64,000 bases of DNA from a virus (Duplodnaviria; Caudoviricetes): positions 1 through 64,000 of the IMG/VR virus record IMGVR_UViG_3300002026_000008; one strand, written 5' to 3'. The position numbers were made by a program, and so were the translations under genes. Below the pieces are notes generated by a model that ran no database searches, was not told the origin of the DNA, and saw only the letters and a program-made list of their open reading frames with translations. This document shows positions 1 to 8,179 of this stretch, one piece after another. The stretch's first letter is position 1. Every line of letters begins with the position of its first letter.

Positions 1-56
1 TAGACATCTTGCAACAACTTCGCGACCGTGCAGCAGCACGCAAAGCCGCTGGTTAA
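1..56 (+). CDS. 3' end of upstream gene (partial), possibly gp32-like ssDNA-binding protein
   Basis: Frame reads DILQQLRDRAAARKAAG*. The tail resembles large T4-like phage SSBs, and it lies directly before uvsX. Confidence 0.35.
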   Translation, partial: DILQQLRDRAAARKAAG

Positions 57-76
57 GATTTCTACGTAGTTTTAAG

Positions 77-110
77 ACGGGAAACAATACATCGTTTCCC
101 GTTTTATTTT
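77..110 (+). terminator. Rho-independent terminator
   Basis: ACGGGAAAC-8nt-GTTTCCCGT followed by TTTATTTT. Confidence 0.75.
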
Positions 111-131
111 CATCTTATTCAGGAGAATCAA

Positions 132-1313
132 ATGGCTCAATTAGCTTTCTTAAAACGATTTCGAAAAGAGATCGAAAAGATCGAAAATGTATCAACAACA
201 TTTGCACCACCTACCCGTTGGTATTCAACTGGTAACTTTGCATTAAATCGTGTTTTGTCTGGTTCATACTTTAAAGCAATTCCGCAAGGTCGTTTAACGG
301 CATTTGTTGGACCATCTGCAGCAGGTAAATCCTACATTAGCTGTAACATTATTCGTGAAGCACAACGCGCTGGTGCAGTTTGTTTAGTTTTGGATTCTGA
401 AAATGCACTTGATCCAAAGTTTATGCATCGTATCGGTATCAACGTGAATGACGATAATTTGACATATGCACAAGTTGTTACTATTCAGGACGTAACGGCG
501 GTAGTATCAGAATTCCTTACTGGTTACGAAAAGGAATATGGTAAGTATAATCCTGAAGGTCCGCCACTTATGATCATTCTTGATTCATTGGGTAACTGTT
601 TGACAACTGGTGAAGATGAAAAGTTCACTAAGGGTATTCAAACTGGTGACCAAGGTGGTTCAGCTAAGACGAAGAAGCATTTGCTCCGTACTCTTAATTC
701 ACGGTTAGCACGTTGTAATGCATCTTTCGTATTCACCGATCAAGTCTACCCAGCTGATGTCATGGCAGGTGATGGTCTCTGGGCTGTTACTAATGGTGTG
801 AAGTATTCTGCTTCTGGTATTGGTCTAATCACCAAGCTCAAGTTGAAAGAAGGTTCAGACATTATCGGTATCAGAATGCGCGTCGAAACGTACAAGTCAC
901 GTTTTGTAATGCCTGGCACAAAAATTGAACTTGAAGTACCATACTCAACTGGCCTAAGCTCAACATCTGGTTTGATCGAACGTTGGGAAGCTGATGGCGT
1001 AGCAGTTAAAGAAGGTCATAGCTGGGTTGTAGAATGTGAAGGCAAGCCTATTAAGTTTAAGGAAGCTGCTCTTACTGAAGAACTTGCTTTGAAAATCTTT
1101 GCATCAAATCCAAAGCTTCTTGAGCTTGAACGTCAGTTTGAAGATTTTGAATCAACTGATATGTTTGCTCCTGATGCATCGGGTACTGAAGATGATGTAG
1201 GTCTCATTAAGCTAGCTGATGATGCAGATATGACACCAGAGGCGTCTAATGAAGTTACCTCATCGGGCATTAAAGGCATTCCAGATGGATATGAAGTAGA
1301 GCAGAGCGTGTAA
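132..1313 (+). CDS. uvsX: UvsX/RecA-family recombinase
   Basis: Walker A GPSAAGKS, DSENALD, ILDSL Walker B; AGGAG RBS. Confidence 0.93.
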   Translation: MAQLAFLKRFRKEIEKIENVSTTFAPPTRWYSTGNFALNRVLSGSYFKAIPQGRLTAFVGPSAAGKSYISCNIIREAQRAGAVCLVLDSENALDPKFMHRIGINVNDDNLTYAQVVTIQDVTAVVSEFLTGYEKEYGKYNPEGPPLMIILDSLGNCLTTGEDEKFTKGIQTGDQGGSAKTKKHLLRTLNSRLARCNASFVFTDQVYPADVMAGDGLWAVTNGVKYSASGIGLITKLKLKEGSDIIGIRMRVETYKSRFVMPGTKIELEVPYSTGLSSTSGLIERWEADGVAVKEGHSWVVECEGKPIKFKEAALTEELALKIFASNPKLLELERQFEDFESTDMFAPDASGTEDDVGLIKLADDADMTPEASNEVTSSGIKGIPDGYEVEQSV

Positions 1314-1315
1314 AT

Positions 1316-1774
1316 ATGACACTCATCGGTGATGCAAGCAAGGACCTTAAAAAGATAGTAGACCATCTTATGAAGGCCCAGGATGTTTTAGATGCAGCTG
1401 AACCAGATTTTGTTATGACTGGTAGAAAATTAGAAGAGCTGTGTAAAATGCATCCTCATTATCTTGCTAAGTATGACAAATATCGCATTGATATGAAAGG
1501 CCTTTATGATTTGGTTGAATCAAAGCGCGAAACGCTCGATTCCAAACTATGGAGAAAATATCTAGAAGGGTACCAACGTGCTCTTTCTACCCGTGATATC
1601 CAAGCTTACATCGCCGGTGATCCTGAACGTGTAATATTAACAGAATTGATGTTAGAAATTGCTCATATGCGTGATCAATTTACTGCTTGTGTAAAAGCTT
1701 TAGAAGATGCTTCTTGGATGCTTTCACATATCACTAAGATTCGAGTAGCTGAATTACAGGATACGGTCATATAA
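1316..1774 (+). CDS. uvsY: UvsY-like recombination mediator
   Basis: 152-aa helical protein between uvsX and uvsW; YLEGYQRALSTRDIQAYIAGD resembles UvsY. Confidence 0.7.
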   Translation: MTLIGDASKDLKKIVDHLMKAQDVLDAAEPDFVMTGRKLEELCKMHPHYLAKYDKYRIDMKGLYDLVESKRETLDSKLWRKYLEGYQRALSTRDIQAYIAGDPERVILTELMLEIAHMRDQFTACVKALEDASWMLSHITKIRVAELQDTVI

Positions 1775-1953
1775 TGGAAGATAAAAAGGAAACAAACACT
1801 CTGGATAAGGACACACTTGCAAAAATTATCGATACGATGAATAAGCAAGCAGTTCAGATAACGAAATTACTTCGTGCGCAACAACGTCAGCAAAATGAAA
1901 TTGGTAATCTGCGCACCAAAATCAATATTCTCGCAGGAAGGTTAAAAGGATGA
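1774..1953 (+). CDS. 59-aa coiled-coil hypothetical protein (not in ORF track)
   Basis: MEDKKETNTLDKDTLAKII...; TAATG coupling upstream and ATGA coupling downstream. Confidence 0.65.
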   Translation: MEDKKETNTLDKDTLAKIIDTMNKQAVQITKLLRAQQRQQNEIGNLRTKINILAGRLKG

Positions 1954-2120
1954 AACAGTATATTCTTATATCGGCTAAATCGTCTGGTGAATTAGAGGTT
2001 TTAGTAAACAAACAACTCAAAATATTCGAATTTGCTTTTAGCGTTGAATTAGGGTCTTTCTTTATCTCTGCATCTGGTGCTTATTATCAGGCCTTGGTAG
2101 TGGAAGAATATGGAATCTTA
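1950..2120 (+). CDS. 56-aa hypothetical, DUF1737-like (not in ORF track)
   Basis: MKQYILISAKSSGELEVLVNKQL...YYQALVVEE; coupled on both sides. Confidence 0.55.
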
Positions 2121-2403
2121 TAACAAATTAACTCCAGCCGAAGCTGAACGTTTAGCAGTATTGTTAGAAGAGCTCGGCGAAACTGCACAAAGTATTGGTA
2201 AAATTCTTCGTCATGGTTATGAGAGTTATAATCCACTTATTGAAGAATCTGTACCAAACAGAACAGTGCTCGAATACGAAATAAGTCATATTCTGAATGC
2301 TATTAGTATGATGAGTATTGCTGGTGATATCAGTATGCCACGCATTGACACTTTCACTAAATTAAAAGCTGAAAAAATTCAGAAATGGTTGCATCACCAA
2401 TGA
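2110..2403 (+). CDS. MazG-like nucleotide pyrophosphohydrolase
   Basis: LLEELGETAQSIGKILRHG...LEYEISH helical acidic motif. Confidence 0.7.
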   Translation: MESYNKLTPAEAERLAVLLEELGETAQSIGKILRHGYESYNPLIEESVPNRTVLEYEISHILNAISMMSIAGDISMPRIDTFTKLKAEKIQKWLHHQ

Positions 2404-2445
2404 TTAAAAAATGCTACATAACAATCTATCGTAAAGGAGAAACAA

Positions 2446-2634
2446 ATGGATATTTTGAAAGAATTGCATAATGCTTGTACAAATCTGTCAGACACGATAA
2501 GCAAAATACCTAAATCACATGAGAATTATGCTTTTCGTATGAATGCCGGGCTTGCACATATACACGCAGTGTATTTTGAAATGAATAATAATTTTAACAA
2601 AACCAATGATTTAACCACAAGTAAGGAGAAATAA
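2446..2634 (+). CDS. hypothetical protein
   Basis: AAGGAG RBS, in operon. Confidence 0.65.
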   Translation: MDILKELHNACTNLSDTISKIPKSHENYAFRMNAGLAHIHAVYFEMNNNFNKTNDLTTSKEK

Positions 2635-2635
2635 A

Positions 2636-2839
2636 ATGGATAGGCCCTTTACTAGCGTTATTCCTGATGCAGATCAACTTAGAGGTATTCGGCAAACGGA
2701 TGCATTAAACCGGTTAAGTGCTGCAATTGAGAACTTCCCAATGTGTAACGAAGATGCTAAAAACGAGATCGTTGAAAGTAATAGAGTTTTAACAAAAGCG
2801 ATTAACCGGCTGATTGAAGAACTACAAAAAGACGAATGA
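2636..2839 (+). CDS. hypothetical protein
   Basis: AAGGAG RBS, in operon. Confidence 0.65.
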   Translation: MDRPFTSVIPDADQLRGIRQTDALNRLSAAIENFPMCNEDAKNEIVESNRVLTKAINRLIEELQKDE

Positions 2840-3646
2840 TGGCTCTTTCATCATTTTGTAACGAGTTAACCCTGTCGCAATAAATGCATCACCGATAGTA
2901 TCATAGTTCACACCGAAGATTGTGACAGGTCTAGCTCTAGGATTATTTGCTCCAGAGTTTGCTTTGCTTCTAAGTTCTTTAGTTTCAGGTTTAGATAGCG
3001 CAACTTTCAAACTAGCCGACATTTTAGCTTTTGATTCGTCAGAATGTGATTTACCTTTCATACTGTCGTTTTTAAATTCAGGATGATCTTGGTAAAATTG
3101 TTTTTTAGCTTTTGAAATTTTTGCTCTAGCTTCAGCAGAATGTTTACTACCACGACGTGAAGCAATACGTTTTTCTGTTTCTTCAGGTGTTTCTTTTTTA
3201 CCGCGGCGCGAATATTTCCAAGCATCATTATTACGTTTTCCAGATGTTATTAACTGTCGCATATTATCACTTATTTTTTTGCGATGTTCTTGACTGAATA
3301 CCATACCAGATATTCCGTCACCACCATCGGTTGAATTTGTTAATGGACCTAAATTTAGATCATAACGTCCATATTGTGATATAATAAGCCTTTCGAGGTT
3401 AAAAGCTTCAATTTCAGATAAATTTGAAGCGATAATTTCTATATGAGGTGTAATATTTTGTCTAAGCAATTTACGAATTTTGTTTATTTTGTGTTTGTTT
3501 TTTGAACATGGTTTTTCTTTTTGAGCATCAGTAATATGGAAAGTCATTCTATCGTCTTTACCTTTACCCACATAGAATGGTTCAAATCCACAGGTGTGAA
3601 GTGATGAAGATTTTGTTTGATCAAAATATACATAAACGTAAAACAT
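2822..3646 (-). mobile_element. Free-standing GIY-YIG-family homing endonuclease with NUMOD3 repeats
   Basis: YVYVY...PFYVGKG; HSAEARAKIS and HSDESKAKMS repeats; opposite strand to neighbours; own TATAAATA. Confidence 0.85.
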
Positions 3647-3659
3647 AGATTTTTATCCT

Positions 3660-3696
3660 TATAAATAGCATTACCATCCTAACATCATTATTTATA
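3660..3696. promoter_or_regulatory. Back-to-back T4-type late promoters: TATAAATA on + (3660-3667) for uvsW and on - (3689-3696) for the endonuclease
   Basis: Two exact TATAAATA boxes on opposite strands in a 66-nt intergenic gap. Confidence 0.7.
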
Positions 3697-3712
3697 GCGT
3701 AAGTGACTTTCA

Positions 3713-5107
3713 ATGAAAAAATGCTACATCACTACAAGAGACGAAGTTTATTGTTTCATAACAGGATTACAGCCACAAGATAGTGCGTTCCTATGGGACA
3801 AATTTGGTATCTACAAAGACGGGTACGTGTTCTCCCCAGCATATAAGCTTCGTCGATGGGACGGCAAGATCAGGTTTTATGAGCAGACGGGTAAAACATA
3901 TCTGCGTCTTTTAGATCAAATTCTGCCGGTACTTGATGCATGGGGATATGAAATCATTCTCAACGATGAACGTCCACGTCAGCCTGTCGTTGAAACCCGT
4001 GTTACTGAAGATTGGTTTGCAGAACAAAATATTAATCTTCGTGATTATCAGGTCGCTGCAGTAAATGCTTTATTAGACAATGGTAATGGTTTTGGTATTC
4101 TTGGCACTGGTTCTGGTAAAACCTTGGTGACAGCTGCCTTGTCTGATGTACTTGGTAAAAATGATTTGAAGGTTATTACCATTGTCCCATCAAGTGATCT
4201 AGTAACTCAAACGGCTGAATGGTATCAACGCTGTGGATTAGATGTTGGTGAATATTCTGGTGCTAAGAAGGAATTGCATTGCCAACACGTAGTAGGAACT
4301 TGGCAATCACTTCAAAATAATCCATCTTTGATGCACAGTTTCCAAGGATTTATTTGGGATGAAGCTCATGGTGCACGGGCAGCAGTAGCACAAAAACTTG
4401 TTTGTGATTATGGCAAACATATCTCTTACCGCTTTGGGGTTACTGGAACATTTCCAAAACCTAAAGTTGATAATATGTCGCTTATCGCATCTATTGGTCC
4501 TATCGTTTGTGAAGTCCCAGCTTCATGGTTAATTGAGAATGGATATCTAGCACGAATTGATATCGAAGTAATTACTACAAAGGAACCAGTTGATGAGGAA
4601 TTTCCTGACTACCCTTCTGAGCGCGCATACATCTCGAAATCGGAGCCTAGACTTGATTTCATTGCTAATCTTATTATCGCTAAGTGCGAAGCTTTTGGTA
4701 ATACTCTCGTCTTAGTGAACAGTATTCCTTTTGGTCAAAAGTTACAAACTATGATCGAAGGATCAGTGTTCCTTTATGGAGCATCCGAAAAAGATGAGAG
4801 ACGTGAGCAATATGATTTGTTTGCAGAGAATAATAACCTAATCGTTATTGCCTCTTCAGGTATTGCTTCAACGGGTATTAGTATTGATAGAGTATTCTGT
4901 CTGATGATGATTGACCCAGGGAAAAGCTTCGTTAAGGCGATACAGTCTGTCGGTCGTGGAACACGTATGGCTCACGATAAGAAAACTATCCATGTTGTAG
5001 ATGTATCAGCTGATTTAAAATTTGCTAAGAAGCATTTGAAAGAGAGAACCCGTTTTTATAAGGAAGCTAAGTACCCAGTTGGAAAGCCGATCAAGGTGAA
5101 GTTATAG
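3713..5107 (+). CDS. uvsW: UvsW-like superfamily 2 DNA helicase
   Basis: LRDYQ, GTGSGKT, DEAH, QSVGRGTR. Confidence 0.93.
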   Translation: MKKCYITTRDEVYCFITGLQPQDSAFLWDKFGIYKDGYVFSPAYKLRRWDGKIRFYEQTGKTYLRLLDQILPVLDAWGYEIILNDERPRQPVVETRVTEDWFAEQNINLRDYQVAAVNALLDNGNGFGILGTGSGKTLVTAALSDVLGKNDLKVITIVPSSDLVTQTAEWYQRCGLDVGEYSGAKKELHCQHVVGTWQSLQNNPSLMHSFQGFIWDEAHGARAAVAQKLVCDYGKHISYRFGVTGTFPKPKVDNMSLIASIGPIVCEVPASWLIENGYLARIDIEVITTKEPVDEEFPDYPSERAYISKSEPRLDFIANLIIAKCEAFGNTLVLVNSIPFGQKLQTMIEGSVFLYGASEKDERREQYDLFAENNNLIVIASSGIASTGISIDRVFCLMMIDPGKSFVKAIQSVGRGTRMAHDKKTIHVVDVSADLKFAKKHLKERTRFYKEAKYPVGKPIKVKL

Positions 5108-5116
5108 GAGAAATAT

Positions 5117-5563
5117 ATGAGCTGTGAGAATAGAACAGAAGAAATGAAAGAGCAGTCAGACCGTTATTGGGTGCATGGTGAAGATGTTACTGATATAATG
5201 CGTAAAGAAACCGATAAGATACTATCTGATTTTAACGCATTAACTGAAAAAGCAAGGGTGTATCCAAGCATTTACATCGAGCAAGCAATAAAGATTCAAA
5301 ATGCCGTAGAAGCTGATCCGGAGTATAAGCGTCTTGATGCATTATATGAAAAGCAATTTGCAAATGCTAATCATATTGCCGGAATGCTGCTTGTATATTT
5401 TAGCCATGAAAGTATTGATTTTGAGCCGTTGATTGTTGCAGATGACGTTGTTAAAACTGCTCTTGAATCCCTTATGGAATATGCAGAAAGACAGAAATTC
5501 TACAATACTGCTAAATTTGAATTAGCAAATGAAATTAGTAAGCAGTTCGTGTTGACAGTTTAA
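5117..5563 (+). CDS. hypothetical protein
   Basis: AGGAG RBS, 148 aa. Confidence 0.7.
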   Translation: MSCENRTEEMKEQSDRYWVHGEDVTDIMRKETDKILSDFNALTEKARVYPSIYIEQAIKIQNAVEADPEYKRLDALYEKQFANANHIAGMLLVYFSHESIDFEPLIVADDVVKTALESLMEYAERQKFYNTAKFELANEISKQFVLTV

Positions 5564-5573
5564 AGGAGAGCAT

Positions 5574-5861
5574 ATGATCTCCTTTATAATATATGTTTGG
5601 CATTCGGTTAACGTTTTCGCATTATTATCATTTGCATATAAATGGTATAAAGATAGAAAGCATGGTGAAAATCAAGTAACTATTGATTGTTACCTGTGTG
5701 ATTTTATGTACAAAAATGCTTTCGCTAATTGGTCAAAAGAGCAGATTGATAATAGGTTCATCGAAATAAATAAAGCCATTACTCCATTATTGTATGCTAA
5801 AACTTTTGATTTTTTGCCATTTTATTCAATACACTTTTTACACAAATTGAAAAGAATTTAA
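5574..5861 (+). CDS. hypothetical protein with N-terminal hydrophobic segment
   Basis: AAGGAG RBS. Confidence 0.6.
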   Translation: MISFIIYVWHSVNVFALLSFAYKWYKDRKHGENQVTIDCYLCDFMYKNAFANWSKEQIDNRFIEINKAITPLLYAKTFDFLPFYSIHFLHKLKRI

Positions 5862-5903
5862 TTCATAATCGGATTGCTATAAATCATCAAATAGTTTATA
5901 AGT

Positions 5904-6767
5904 TTAATGGTTTTTCTTATGACCAGAATTCTTAGGCATTATTCTACCTTTAAGCCAACCGTCATCTAGGAATGCTTGAAGTTCACTGCTAGGAATTCGC
6001 TTATTATTTGTACCATCATTAATCCAGTTAGTCTGTTTAAGATATAATGATAATGAAGCTGCCATTTTTGCTATCGATTCTGCTGATTGTTTTGGAAAGT
6101 TATAAGTACCATTTGCTATTTTAGTTGCTTTAACTTTTGCAAGTTTAACAGGATCGTTATTAGCAATTGTCATATTTGCAACTTGCTCTGCTGATTTTGG
6201 TTTACCTTTATGTGTATCAGAAATCTTTTTACGTCGTTCTGGGTCTTGAAGTGCTATGATAGTTTTTTCTGAAATGTTTTTTCGTGCTGCATCATCATGG
6301 TGTGTATTACCTGTTTTCGTTGCTGATATTTTAGCTCGTTGCTCTGCTGATTTAGGAACACCTTTAAATCGTTTTGATTGTTTTTCTCGAAATTCAGGAG
6401 TTATATGCCATGCTCCACCATGACCGCCTTTAGCGAGATTTGTTAAACAACCAGTTTTTAACCCTTTAACAAAAGCTTTAGTTCCAAAATGTGCAATAAG
6501 AGATATTTCCAATTGAATAGCAGCTTCACGTGATAAACATTCTTTTAGTTTTACTATTATTGGAGGTAGACCGTTTCGTATAAGTTTACGTATGGTGTTT
6601 AGTTTAAATGATAGTGTAGTTGTAGTTGTTGCTTCAATGAGATGTGAATTTGATCTATTAGCACTACCATACCCGATGTAAAATGGTTCAAAAGTAAATT
6701 GACAATCACATACAGTGTATTCAACTGATTTTAATGGATTGCAGTATGCATAAACGTAATATTTCAT
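5904..6767 (-). mobile_element. Free-standing GIY-YIG-family homing endonuclease with NUMOD3 repeats
   Basis: YYVYAY...PFYIGYG; KSAEQRAKIS repeats; C-terminal WINDG...GWLKGR; TATAAATA on - strand at 6794-6801. Confidence 0.85.
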
Positions 6768-6813
6768 AGTTACCTCTGATTGTCAAGATAATTTATTTAT
6801 AAGGAGAGCGAAA

Positions 6814-7326
6814 ATTTTAGTCTTACCTGATTTTAACAAACCCTACGAGATTGAATCTCTATCGTCCCCAGTGGTAATTAAGCATCACTGGATTTTCTCT
6901 GCTGCTCTTTTAGATTGGGTGTTAGGACCTATCAACTATCTCGAAGATACTACGGGACCAATGATTCGTGTTATGATTGAAGGCTTTGAATTTATTCTAC
7001 CTGCTGCATGGAATATTTTGATTGCTGATGATGACACATACACTGTTGATACTGTTCCTTTGTCAAAGTGTGCAACTATGGCATACAAAGCAGTATTGAT
7101 GTCACCTACGGTTACTCGAGTATCTATTTCACCTATCAATGTGATGGAATTTATTCCTGAAGGATCAGTTGTTCACCCATTGATTCAGAAGAGCACATTA
7201 TTCTGTCATCCAATTGGTCCTCAGATGTACAATGGTAAGTCACACGAAATGGCCGTAACGATTGGTCCACACGATCTTCATCGTTGGCTTTACAATAAAG
7301 CTATTGGTGATCTTCTTTCGTTTTAG
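6814..7326 (+). CDS. Hypothetical protein; start uncertain (track calls GTG 6871, frame is open from before the RBS)
   Basis: AAGGAG at 6801-6806 followed by in-frame ILVLPDFNKPYEIES... Confidence 0.7.
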   Translation: MLVLPDFNKPYEIESLSSPVVIKHHWIFSAALLDWVLGPINYLEDTTGPMIRVMIEGFEFILPAAWNILIADDDTYTVDTVPLSKCATMAYKAVLMSPTVTRVSISPINVMEFIPEGSVVHPLIQKSTLFCHPIGPQMYNGKSHEMAVTIGPHDLHRWLYNKAIGDLLSF

Positions 7327-7362
7327 TTCTTAGTTTTAGTTCTTAGTTTTAGTTCTTAGTTT
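7325..7362. repeat. 13-bp tandem repeat AGTTCTTAGTTTT, about 3 copies
   Basis: Read directly from the sequence. Confidence 0.85.
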
Positions 7363-7438
7363 CGAATTGTAGTTTTAGAATCCATGTCTGCGTCGGCGCT
7401 TGTATAAATACATTTTTACACTAGCACAGGAGTATGAC

Positions 7439-8014
7439 ATGGATGATAATTTTGTCAAAGCATTTGATTTAATAATGGAATCTGAGGTAGGACCATGGTT
7501 TAACTCTGCTGATCCTGATACCATTTCTGGTAAAATGGGTACTAAGGAACTAAATCGTAAAGTTGGTTATGTAAATGACCCAGACGATGCTGGCGGCGAA
7601 ACTAAATATGGTGTTGCTAAGAATACTAATCCTGATGTTAACATTAAAGAATTAGATTTGGCGACCGCTAGAATGATTTATGAAAAACGGTATTGGGCTA
7701 TGAATCATTGTGATAAGCTAATGTTTCCAGTTAATGTGATTCATTTTGATGCAGCAGTAAATGCTGGTAGTTCACGTGCTACAAAATTGTTACAAATGGC
7801 ATCAGGCTGTGAACCAGTTGATGGCTCATTTGGACCACAGACATTACGTTTAGCAAATGGCGCTGATCCAAAAGTTATAGCATCAAAGTTACTTGATGCT
7901 AGAGTAGTGTTTTACAAAAAATTAGTTGAACAAAAACCAACAAATGCAAAGTTTCTAAAAGGTTGGTTATCACGAGTAGAAATGCTTCGTGATTGGTTAA
8001 AAAAGAATGCTTAA
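7439..8014 (+). CDS. Glycoside hydrolase family 108 endolysin with C-terminal peptidoglycan-binding domain
   Basis: DPDDAGGETKYGV; FDAAVNAG; VDGSFGPQTL; TATAAATA at 7403-7410 and AGGAG RBS favour ATG 7439 over TTG 7400. Confidence 0.88.
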   Translation: MDDNFVKAFDLIMESEVGPWFNSADPDTISGKMGTKELNRKVGYVNDPDDAGGETKYGVAKNTNPDVNIKELDLATARMIYEKRYWAMNHCDKLMFPVNVIHFDAAVNAGSSRATKLLQMASGCEPVDGSFGPQTLRLANGADPKVIASKLLDARVVFYKKLVEQKPTNAKFLKGWLSRVEMLRDWLKKNA

Positions 8015-8090
8015 AATAGTTTCAAATATTGATACAAACATAGAGATTTATGTTATAATGCATTTAATTCATAAAGCTTAATAGCCCTTA

Positions 8091-8122
8091 ACAACTGCCC
8101 TTTTCTGGGCAGTTGTCTTTTT
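8091..8122 (+). terminator. Rho-independent terminator between endolysin and nrdJ
   Basis: ACAACTGCCC-TTTTCT-GGGCAGTTGT-CTTTTT. Confidence 0.75.
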
Positions 8123-8179
8123 ACCTGCAAATGCAAGTCCAAAGGAAAACTGAGCTCTGGAATCGGGACAATAAGAACA

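Noticed and set aside
3575-3600. GGTTCAAATCC, a T-loop-like tRNA motif
   Set aside because: It lies inside the GIY-YIG coding sequence (GFEPFY) with no acceptor or D stems.
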